From: Rhizaria sp. SCN 62-66
Taxonomy: Eukaryota
DNA: 20,000 nt
Direction: 5' to 3'
NCBI GenBank assembly: GCA_001724265.1
Contig: MEDY01000106.1
Coordinates: forward strand, 56,801-76,800
The notes under the pieces were generated by a model that was given only the letters and a program-made list of their open reading frames with translations, was not told where the DNA came from and did not search any database. The translations under genes and the position numbers were made by a program. Every line of letters starts with the position of its first letter. The stretch's first letter is position 1. Of the stretch, positions 1-9,500 are shown one piece after another.

Positions 1-621
1 CGGCGTGGAGCAGCACAGCGACGGCCGTCTCGCTCGCGGCGTCGTACAGCTTGCTCTGCTCGGCCTTCTCGGCGGCCACCTCGACCGCGAGGGCCTTGAG
101 CTTCTCGTCGCCCTCACCGTCGTGCTGCGCCAGTTGAATCAACGATACATGCACAAGAGAAAGTATGAGTAAAGAAAAAGAAAAGCATTAAGATGTAAGA
201 AAGTGAGATCGATGCCTGGGCAGCGTTAGAGCAAGATTGACGTTTAGGAAGGTAGTCTAAGATAGCAAGGTAGGTGTACGTACGCTCTTGACCTCGGCCT
301 GGAACTTGTTCTCTTCCTCGGTGCGGCGCTTCTCGTAAATCTCCTGCACGGCGTTCTCGGCCTCTTGCAGGCGCTTGGAGCGGTCTGTGTGTGTGCGATG
401 AAATCAGCAAAGGGCAAGGGAAAGAGAGGAAAACGTGAGGGATGGTGGGGGAAAGCAAGGGGAGCAACACGAGAAAAGCCGAAGACTGCAGGGGGCTGGT
501 AGGGCGATAAAAGCGGGCATATGGGGGGAAACGTACAGCGCTCCTCGCGGGAAATAATCTCGGCAGCCTCGCGCTCAGCGTTAACAAGCTTGCGGAGAGG
601 GTTGTTGTCGTCCTTGCTCAT
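1..621 (-). CDS. ATP6V1G: V-type H+-ATPase subunit G (Vma10/ATP6V1G family), 3' partial; exons 537-621, 284-384, <1-124
   Basis: Splicing at GTACGT...CAG (intron 385-536) and GTACGT...CAG (intron 125-283) gives a continuous frame: MSKDDNNPLRKLVNAEREAAEIISREERYRSKRLQEAENAVQEIYEKRRTEEENKFQAEVKSHDGEGDEKLKALAVEVAAEKAEQSKLYDAASETAVAVLLHA. This fits the subunit G pattern (LLxAExEAxxIV...RxxRLxxA...E.EF). Confidence 0.88.
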
Positions 622-1555
622 TTCTGTCCAGCCAAGCGGGCGGAAAGGGGGTGCAGCGACGAGGTCGGAACGTGACGGGGCAGTGAGACCAAAAGAAGAG
701 ATTAAGTGAGACTAAATCGTGAAAAACAAGCACACAAAAAGAAAATATGATACAAATCTGCGCAAATAACGTATTCAGAATGAAATGGATCTCAACAGTC
801 CATGAAAGACCCTCGTTTAACGGCAATTTAATCTGCCCACACATCAGCTCTCTTGCTTTGCTCACTTGTCGAGTTGGTTGGTTGGTCGCTGGGATTTTCG
901 CGAACCACTCCAACGGCAGCGTGCGTGCTCTCCTCTGACGACATCTTCACTAAGAGAGTGTTGTGGCGTCTAATGAGCAGTTGTGGAAGTGTAGTTTTGA
1001 TATAATGTTAAACACACTTGTTTCTATTATAGTATAAGTGTTATGTCTCTACTGACGGTTGTGCTACAAAGATAGCGCTTCGATTACCATCGCTTTTCCA
1101 TCCAATCACAGACTGCCACTTAACTCCCTTTTCTCTCGTCACAACACTTCTCAACAACCTTCATTTACGATTTGTTCCTATCATAACGGTGTTTTTGTTT
1201 GCTTACTTTTGTATATCTTGCGCTTACTTCCTCAGCTCCCAATTCTCACGCTCTGTACCCTTTCCCGCTCGACTCTTCCCCTTCAGCCTTCACGACTTAA
1301 GACGCGTCTCTCACTGTTACTCTCGCAACTACAGCGCCCTCCCCTCGTCATTAGTGCCTCAATAAGCACTGGCACAGCATAGTCAGACTTTTTTTAGTAG
1401 CTATAACACGCGGTTTTGGTCCTAAAAACACTCACTCTCACTCCTGGCACTCTCACGACAAAACAGTTAACGACCGGACTGACTCTGCTCTTGGCTTAAC
1501 AGTCGTAAACGCATTGTTGTTGCGAGACTGAGACTGTGACTGAGACCGAGCGACG

Positions 1556-3013
1556 ATGTTCATGCTGCGCCTCATCACGGCCGGGTTCAACCCCTTCGAG
1601 AGCGACACCCCGGGCACGGGCGCCCTCACGGCCCTCGCGTCAGCAGTCTCGGGCTCGGCCGCCGCCACCGCGGGCTCGTACCTGCCCCTCTCCACGAGCG
1701 ACAACAACAACAACAACAACAACAATAACAACAACAGCGATGACGATGACGACGACGGCGGCAACTCTCTCGACAGCACCGGCTCCCCTTTGCGCCCGCA
1801 TCAAAGCAACAGCAAGCAGCAGCAGCAACCGTCAGCGACGACGACGGCGACGCTACTCTCGCCCATCCGCCGTCTCTTCGGCGGCGGCGGCGGCCCTAGT
1901 AATCCCCCGCCTCGTGCCGCGACCACGCTCGCAGACCCCACCTTTGGCCGCTCCTCGTTGAACTACAACAACAACAACAGCAATAGTAGCGGCTCAGGAC
2001 CCATGGGTCCCAGCGGTACCAGTACTGCAATGCACTCTCTTTCGCTAAAGGGACGCATGCCCTTACCCCCCACCAGCACGACCACTTACACGCGTCTAAG
2101 TAGCAGCAACATTCACGGCAACGGCGGCGGCAACACGTGTTTCGCCAAGTGCTGCTCAGACTGCTGCTCAGATTGCTCTTGCTCTTCGTTCGCAGACTGC
2201 CGCGAGTCCACCCGCGCCGCCGCGCTAGCCTGCTGCCAGGCCGTTTCGACGCCGCTCTTCTGCGGCCTGTGTAGCCCTTGCGTCCGTCTTCTCGCCCCGC
2301 CCCGCGTGTCGCTCTCCACCCTCATCCCCCCGCTGCCGCCGGTGACCCGCGAACGATTAGCGTCGCTGCAGGAGCGTTCGGCGGTGCCTTTCTCCCCGGA
2401 CAACGAGGAGCACCTTCGCGAGCTCTACTCCTTTGCAGTCGCCGCGTTCGGGCCCGCGTTTCCCATGGCCGAGCTGCTCAAGTCGCCCCGCTGGACGCAC
2501 ATCGGCTTCCAGGGGCTCAACCCGGCCACCGACTTCCGCGGGGCAGGCGTGTTCGGGCTGCAGAACCTCCACTACTTGGTCGGGCTCGAGCCCCGCATCG
2601 TGCGCCGCATGGCCCTTAAGGAGCACGTGTCGGTTGAGCACTACCTGCCCTTTGCCATCGCGGGGCTCAACCTCACGTTCGCGCTGCTGCAGACGCTTTC
2701 TCTGTCTGTCTCGAGCGCGCCAGAGGACAGGGTGACGGTGAGCCGGACCGAGGCTGCCATCTTTCTCGCCTTCTGCACTCTGCTGCAAAGCGAGCAGTTC
2801 GCGTTCGAGGAGATCTACCGCGCAGCGATGCTCTACCTGGAGGAGCTGTGGGGAGATACCCATGCCAAGTACATCCAGTTCCCGTCGATCATGAAGTCGG
2901 TGCGGGAGAGGGTGGAGCTGACGCTGCTGCGGCGGCCGACCACTGTGGCCGAGTTCGCGAGGATGCTCAACAACGACGACGATGACGACGACGTCAATGG
3001 CGGGATCGTGTGA
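1556..3013 (+). CDS. ELMO/CED-12 domain protein (ELMOD family, Arf/Arl GAP-like), 485 aa, intronless
   Basis: The ELMOD GAP signature WTHIGFQGLNPATDFRGAGVFGLQNL (2492-2569) includes the catalytic Arg. It is followed by YLPFAIAGLNLT and LWGDTHAKYIQFP. The N-terminus is low-complexity (Asn/Asp/Gln-rich) with a Cys cluster. Confidence 0.92.
   Translation: MFMLRLITAGFNPFESDTPGTGALTALASAVSGSAAATAGSYLPLSTSDNNNNNNNNNNNSDDDDDDGGNSLDSTGSPLRPHQSNSKQQQQPSATTTATLLSPIRRLFGGGGGPSNPPPRAATTLADPTFGRSSLNYNNNNSNSSGSGPMGPSGTSTAMHSLSLKGRMPLPPTSTTTYTRLSSSNIHGNGGGNTCFAKCCSDCCSDCSCSSFADCRESTRAAALACCQAVSTPLFCGLCSPCVRLLAPPRVSLSTLIPPLPPVTRERLASLQERSAVPFSPDNEEHLRELYSFAVAAFGPAFPMAELLKSPRWTHIGFQGLNPATDFRGAGVFGLQNLHYLVGLEPRIVRRMALKEHVSVEHYLPFAIAGLNLTFALLQTLSLSVSSAPEDRVTVSRTEAAIFLAFCTLLQSEQFAFEEIYRAAMLYLEELWGDTHAKYIQFPSIMKSVRERVELTLLRRPTTVAEFARMLNNDDDDDDVNGGIV
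1701..1736 (+). repeat. (AAC)n trinucleotide tract encoding poly-Asn in ELMOD
   Basis: Sequence reads acaacaacaacaacaacaacaacaataacaacaaca. Confidence 0.9.
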
Positions 3014-3554
3014 AGCGGCAGGCAGAGCGAAGGAGAAAAAAAAAAATCAGCAACTTGACTTCGACAACAGCTACACCTTGACGTGAGAGCTTCAAGAATG
3101 TCACGCCCCACTCCTTACTTACTTGCTTGTTTTTTTATTTTCAAAACGATGTGAGATATATAACCGTACTTTCAGTGTATCTTCTATATAATAGTATCGA
3201 TTGATGAAGGCCTTAATATGGTTCTGTTCTATCCTAGCGTAAACACTTTACGCGCCCGTTATACATTAGTTTCTTGATTCAAAACTAACAAAGCATGATG
3301 AAATGTGTGATTAGATGCATATAATGACAACAAATCGTGCGAAAACTAAGCGTTGAGTATCAAAATGCATGTATAATTTATTAATTAACATTCACTTCAT
3401 TCTCCTCGAAAGTCCTGACAAATGAAACAAAGCTAAGTCAAACTTAGAGCCGCTAACAAAGCCATTGTCACACTGGCCCTCGATGGCTTTCTCACTCTTT
3501 CTTAACTCTGAAACAAAGCAACAAACGGCAAAAAATAACAGCAGCAGTAGTACT

Positions 3555-3580
3555 CAGACAGACAGACAGACAGACAGACA
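3555..3580. repeat. (CAGA)6 microsatellite in the convergent intergenic/3' UTR region
   Basis: Sequence reads cagacagacagacagacagacagaca. Confidence 0.9.
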
Positions 3581-3696
3581 CGTAAAGCACAAAGATAGAA
3601 ACGTATCTCTCTGCAAATAACAAAGAGAAGTCACATTGACAGTCTTACGAGCCAGCAGTCCGATTCAGCGAAAAAGAGAATCTGCACAGAATGAAT

Positions 3697-3712
3697 GTAA
3701 GTACCCCCTTAG
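3697..3712 (+). repeat. Dispersed 16-bp element GTAAGTACCCCCTTAG (copy 1)
   Basis: Exact reverse-complement copies lie at 9121-9136 and 16395-16410. Confidence 0.85.
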
Positions 3713-3726
3713 ACGGCTGGCTGCAC

Positions 3727-5195
3727 TCACCGCGCCTCTGTGCCCATCGAGGCCCTGCGGTGCGCGGCCGGGAGCGTGACCGCCATCGCATCTCCCCCGG
3801 CGTCCGGCCCCCCAGCCTCGTGGCCGGCCTCGGCGTCAGCGCCGTTACTGCCGCCGCCGCCGTTGTTATGATCGTCAGTCTCACCGTGACCGTGGTCGTG
3901 ATCAGATGCGGTAGCAGCAGCGGCAGCGCCACTGCTCTCAGCAGCGCTATTGCCGCCACCATTGGCGGCGTTGGCGTTGCCGCCGTTGTTGTTGCTGTTG
4001 CTGCTGCTTGAGGCTGCGGTGGCGGCTCGGGCTGGCGAAGCGGTGCGATTGGGGCTGTTGCCGCGCTTGGGGGAGCCCGTGGCGGCGAGCGGCTGCGGCT
4101 TCTCGGGCTTCGGCATCAGCCCCGTCTTGATCTTAGCCAGATCACTCATCTTGGACACAGCAGGTGTCGCCAGCTTCGCGTAGTAAGTCGGGTCCACGGG
4201 GCGGGAGCCGTGCGGCCTAACTTCCTCCGCGGGCTTCTTGCGCTCGCGGCCCTTGGAGAGGCGGTTGATCCAGCTGTCGTGCGGAATCGTGTATTCGCGG
4301 TCAACCGGCGGGCGCGGCGGCGGCGGGGGCTTGGCTAAACAGGGAGGGGCGAAAGGGTGCGACAACGCCAAACAAGATAAGAAAATGAATAGTTAGCATT
4401 GTGGATATAAAACGGAGGATATGATGTCATTATATCATGATAATAATTTGCTCAAGTATACATTATTCATAAATAGATCGTATCATTAGGTTTTGTCGTG
4501 AATTGTTACGATACTACCGAGATATATGCGAAATAAGCTGTTAAATAGGGGACGTACGGCGGCGGTGGGGCGGCACCTCCATGCTCTTGACGAGCCATTC
4601 CTGCGTCTCCTTACTGATGGGGGGCATCGTGGCCGAGGACTGGTACACGCGCGTAGTGTGGTCCTCCTGTGCGCGTGAAAAGAGCAAATGCGTAGAGAAA
4701 GCAAAGCAAAGGGAGGTGAGTCGTGTTTCAGAAGGATTGAGTTAAGGTCATTCTTTGATGATGCGAGCTTAGCGGATTGAAATAAGCGATAATAGATGTA
4801 AAACCAGCACAAAACAGTAGAACTGTGTTACTCATGCGATATATCGTCCGGAATTACGTGGTTTAAAGACATACCTCGGTGAACTTCTTGCGGGGCTCCT
4901 TGGGGACTTTTCCAGGGGGCCGGCACAGACTGGCCACCGTCGGGCTGTCGTGGAACTCCTTAACGGTCTCGCGCAGGCTGCTGAGGTGGTCGTAGGACTT
5001 TCTGTTGGGGCAATACAGCCGCATTAAGAAATAGACAGTGGTAGGGACGAGTATGAGTGAGACAGAGAGTCAAAGATGTAGGCGTTAATTCTGACTAGTG
5101 CTGCGATCGTGAGTAAGCGAACGAGGGAAGGAAACGTACGGGAGATGGCGCGGATCGTGTTTGGGGTACTCGCGGTACTCGTGGAGGTCGGACAT
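3727..5195 (-). CDS. Hypothetical basic/Pro-rich protein, ~299 aa; exons 5140-5195, 4875-5001, 4558-4666, 3727-4334 (an alternative 3' end at 3645 is possible)
   Basis: Three phase-compatible introns (GTACGT..CAG 5002-5139, GTATGT..CAG 4667-4874, GTACGT..TAG 4335-4557) join GC-rich exons into 900 nt: MSDLHEYREYPKHDPRHLPKSYDHLSSLRETVKEFHDSPTVASLCRPPGKVPKEPRKKFTEEDHTTRVYQSSATMPPISKETQEWLVKSMEVPPHRRPKPPPPPRPP... Confidence 0.8.
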
Positions 5196-5994
5196 GGTGA
5201 CGCACACGCACGCAGACACAGTCTGTTTGTTCTGTGGCGCAGACGAAGGGCGGTGCGAGGGATGGGAAGGACCAAGAGGAACGAGAGGGGAAAGGACTTC
5301 GCGTAGAGAAGAAATACAACGCGGATTTACAGGGTTAGACGCATGATAGAAGATGTGGTAAAAGAGAAATAGATAAAACACTATTCAAATATTTCCTCAG
5401 TAGAACAGCAGAAACAGTTATCAGACATGTGTGACGATATTCAGGCTGCAAGTTAGCCGTCTCCCGACCGTTTCACACTGCTACACGCCTCGGACCTGCG
5501 ACTGTGGGCAGCCGATATCATCGTTACGCAGCCTCGTGACAAAGCATAACGACGTGAAAATTTGCGATTTCATTACAACTCTTTGACAAAGTAGACTTCA
5601 AGTTGTCTCAAATACTGTGGTCAAATTATTATTGCGGTTTGAAGATGTCTTGGCAATGTAATCGCCACTAAGACTGGTGCTTGCGCAGCGATGCGTTTGC
5701 CCTCGGAAACTGATTATTACAAGCCTGACAAGCGTCTTGGCGGTGACAGAGACAGCTACGCTCACCAGAGCTCAACAAGTGCAGAGAGATGTGTAGCTCT
5801 GCCGTGTCACTATGACTGGCAACGACGGAGATGGCGACTGTGACTGAGACTGCGGTTGACTCAGTGTTGATTTTGACGTTAGACTGGAGGGAATATGTTT
5901 CAGTGCTGTGCAAGCAAGAGCAAAAAGAAATGGACGGAAGGTCCCGAACACGATGCAGACGCGCTGGGCGTCGTGGAGCGTCGCGGAGGCATGC

Positions 5995-6005
5995 AAAAAA
6001 AAAAA
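5995..6005 (-). terminator. RNA polymerase III terminator (T11) of the tRNA gene
   Basis: A run of 11 A on the + strand gives a T11 run on the - strand, 4 nt downstream of the tRNA discriminator. Confidence 0.8.
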
Positions 6006-6009
6006 GAAG

Positions 6010-6090
6010 TGTGCTAGACGGGGTTCGAACCCGCGCGTCCGGAGACACTACGGCCTTAACGTAGCACATTAACCACTTTGTTACCAGCAC
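6010..6090 (-). tRNA. tRNA-Leu(AAG), type II with long variable arm, no intron
   Basis: The reverse complement folds as a cloverleaf: acceptor GTGCTGG/CTAGCAC + A73; D arm ACA-AAGTGGTTAA-TGT; anticodon arm CTACG-TTAAGGC-CGTAG (anticodon AAG, G37); variable arm TGTCTCCGGACGC; T arm GCGGG-TTCGAAC-CCCGT. Confidence 0.95.
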
Positions 6091-6598
6091 AGATAAGAAT
6101 TTGCGATTTGAACGCGATTTTCTTGACTAACGGCCTGAATCTATGGTATAGATACTTACTTTAAATATCCAACACTTTTAAAAGAGCTCTCACGTGTATG
6201 TAAGACATTTTGCATTCATTCTGTCGAAATGTTGTACGAAGGTTGCATTTGAAGGCTTATATTCAACTAGAGTAAAATAATATTAAAAATGGTCTCAGTT
6301 GGGATTGTTCAAGCTGATCTGTGTAGTTTGTGAGCCTTCACGGTTAAGAGGTGCAAAGTAGCGAGGACAGAACAAATACTAGTAGAAGCTGTATTCCGAT
6401 CATATTAGAGATAGGTATTGAAGGGTCTTTAAAAGCAATATATAATATTATTAATGAATTGATAATGCAGATACACATTTTAACTAATGTAACTTCTAAA
6501 CAATCCAAGCTTCACAACAGCTTCGTTTTCGCAGGAGGCAGTTATGGCGACTGCTACTCTCAAACATACAGTACAACATAAACAGCTTAACTGACGCT

Positions 6599-9500
6599 TT
6601 AGTTGTTGTTGCTATTCTTGTTTTCCCAGTTCTCGGCCAAAGCAAGCAACTTGCTCTCCAGCACACCACCACCCACAACATTGGCACTGGCACTCTTGTC
6701 ACTTTGCACATCATTGCCGTCGCTGCCATCGCACTTCACGGCATTACTCTGTTGCGACTGCGACTGTAACTGTTGCTGCTGCTTCAGCAGCGCACGTGCA
6801 GCGGTGACGGCCTTGGCCCTCTCCACCCGCTCCTTCTTCTCCTGATTGCTCACCCAGATCTTTCGCAGCTCGGCCGCAAAGTTGGCGAAAATGGCGAAGA
6901 AGCGGCACCAGTCCTGGGCAAAGGGCGGAATCGGCACCACGGGCGGGTACTTAGACGCGTCTAAGGGCGGCACTTCGCCCAAGTACTGTAGCACGGTCAG
7001 CACGGCCTCGTCGGCGGCTTGATATAAAACACTCAGTTCCTCCAGTGTCCGCGACAGGGACTGTGCGATGGTGCTGACGCGACTCTTCTCAGCATCTTCA
7101 GCCTCAGCGGGGTTGGGAGGAGCACTTCCATCTTCGCTCGCACTTGCAGTCGCACTCGCGTTACTGGTAGTGTTGTTGTTGTTTTTAAGTTTAGCCGCTA
7201 ACGTGAAGGCCGACCGTGCCGCGAGTTCAATAGTCGTGATGGCAGCCTTCGTCACACTCATATCGCCCTGAGCAGCCGCCAAACAGGGCTCAAGCTCCTC
7301 CGGCAGCGACATCAACAGCGTCACACCGTTACTGCTATTGCTATTAGCCGCGGCGGCTTGCTTTTGAAAGAAGGCCGCCTGCTCCTCGGCGATGCGTGCA
7401 ACGACTGTGAGCAGAGAGTCGCTGTTGTTCGAGTGCGTACTCGTGACTGACGAAGTACTGACACGCTGGTGAGTGCTATTATTATTGCTATTAGCAGTCG
7501 TGGAGCCACTGACACTGGCATCAGCCGCGCTGTTGTTCACAACGACAACATCAGTACTAGTGCCAGCTGTGCCGTCACAAGTATCGTCTTGCGATGACGT
7601 CGACGACGTCGTCGTCATCGTTACAGTGGTGGTCGTTGTTGTCGTCGTGATGATCGTGCTCGTGGAGGTACTTAGAGTGCGGATGGTACTTAGCCTGGGC
7701 AGCAGATCGACCGAGAAGCCGAGCGCGCGCCCCTTCTTTGTGCCCTCGTTCATGCTGTTGCCGATGCGCAGCAGCAGCGCCAGCGCGGCCCGCAGCGCCT
7801 GCGAGCCCGTCACGGCCTTGGCCGCCGCGACAACGGCCGCGAGCTGCGCCCGCGCGAGCGAAGCCAGCTGCCGGTGACCGAGCCACGCGCGCAGCACGTC
7901 GCAGTGTTGCGCCAGCAGAGGGGTGGTGGTGAAGAGGCGGATCACGCGGTCGGCGGGGGTAAGTACCTCGGGGGGACCGGTGTAAGTGGTGAAGACGAGC
8001 CGCTCGGTCGGCGTCGGGAGGAAGAGGGAGCAGCGGTCGAGAAGGTCGGAGGTAAGTACCGAGGCGTCTAAGTGGAGGATAGCCTGGGTAAGGGTCTCCG
8101 GGGTAAGGGGCGCGAAGCCCCTGAGCGTGATGCTGATGGCGTGTGCGCGACGAGAGTCGAGCAGCGTCACACTCGCGGTCGCCGCATTAGCAGCGCTCGC
8201 AGTAGGATTACCCTTGTCAGCGTTGTTCTGAGTAGCAGAGTCGATATCGGCGTTGGGGGCAGGGGGACTATACGTGAAAAGGCCTTCTAAGCAGCTGATG
8301 TTGATGCCGAGGCCAGCCAGCTCCGGAATCTCGCCGATCAACGTCAACTCAGCACTAGCCCCCGCCCCCGCCTCGTTACTATGGGCGGGCACAGCAGCGA
8401 CAACGCCAGTCGCAGCAGCGTTAGAACCAGCGCTTGAGGCAATGGCGGTGGCAGCCCCCGCCTCGTTACTATGGGCGGAGGCGAGAAGCGCAGAGATGCG
8501 GCGGCGACTCTCTAAGCTCGCGATGTCGTGCCACACAGTAGTTCCGGAAAAATCCGACGGGAAATAGGGTTTTTCGAGTGCAGAGACCGCGATTTGACTG
8601 CTCAGGCTGTTCTTGTTGCTGTCGTCGTCAATATCATTGTTGTCGCTGTCGTTGTCACTGTTGTTGGGGTCAATGTCGTCGTTGGCGTTGGCGTTGTTGT
8701 TCTTCTTGAGCAAAGTAAGGGCTTTCTGTGACAGCTCACTGACAGCTCCACTTGCACCGTCTAAGGGGGCGGCGTTCCCGTTAGCAGCAGTGTCGGCAGA
8801 AGCAGCGGCACTCAGAAGCGTGGGCCGTGTAAGTAGGTTGTCTAAGGGTGTCTCCTGCCAGAAGACGCGGCGCACGTTGCCGCCGACGCTGCTGTGGGCC
8901 TTGGCAGCCGCGGCAGAGGCGGCGGCGGCGACAGCGGCCGGGGGCGGCGGCGGGGCGATGATCACGCTCATTCTTACACTCGCACTAGCATTCGCACTCG
9001 TAGTTGCAGTCGTAGCCGCAGCCGGAGGTGCAGCAGTTGCATCGATGACAGCAGTGTGAGCGTCACTGCTGCTGCTGCTGCTGTTACTCTCAGTGCTAAC
9101 TTGAGGGGGCATGATGAGCACTAAGGGGGTACTTACACTCACGCTCTCGCTCTCCTCAACGACCACAACGTTATCGCTATTGTCAGAGCTACTTACATCT
9201 GAGGATGATGCAACAGCAGCAGCAGCAACAGCAGCAGCAGCAGAACTTGCACTCGGCAGCTGCTGAGCAGCAGAGGTACTTAGACTCGTGGCTCCGGTAC
9301 TTACACTGTACGCCAGCGTGCGCAGCGAAGCGGGCCACAGACCGAGACTCACCATTTTCTTTTCAAGTTTGCTCAGACCAGGCACGATACCCTTGGCGAG
9401 TAAGTCAAGCCGCGCCATGGCCTCCTCCTCGCGTCTCTTGGCGTTGCCGCTGCCGCTTAGGTTAAGCCGCTTCTTATTGCTGTGCTTCTTACGTCGGTGC

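Noticed and set aside
1532..5850. Shared 15-mer GACTGTGACTGAGAC at 1532-1546 and 5836-5850
   Set aside because: It is part of a low-complexity (GACTGW)n hexamer repeat of a type common in this sequence, and probably arose by independent slippage.
6052..6060. Suppressor tRNA (UUA) or genetic-code reassignment
   Set aside because: The 7-nt loop TTAAGGC centres on AAG (Leu), with a Leu-type variable arm and A73. Genes end normally in TAA or TGA, with no in-frame stops after splicing.
5668..6581. ORFs around the tRNA (5668-6090, 5831-6064, 6351-6581)
   Set aside because: They overlap the tRNA or AT-rich spacer/UTR, and lack the codon bias of real genes and any recognisable motif.
9121..9136. 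GTAAGTACCCCCTTAG as a 16-nt Stentor-like micro-intron (GT...AG)
   Set aside because: Removing it would frameshift long intact ORFs, the copy at 3697 is antisense to its gene, and variants lack the GT. It behaves as a DNA motif rather than an intron.
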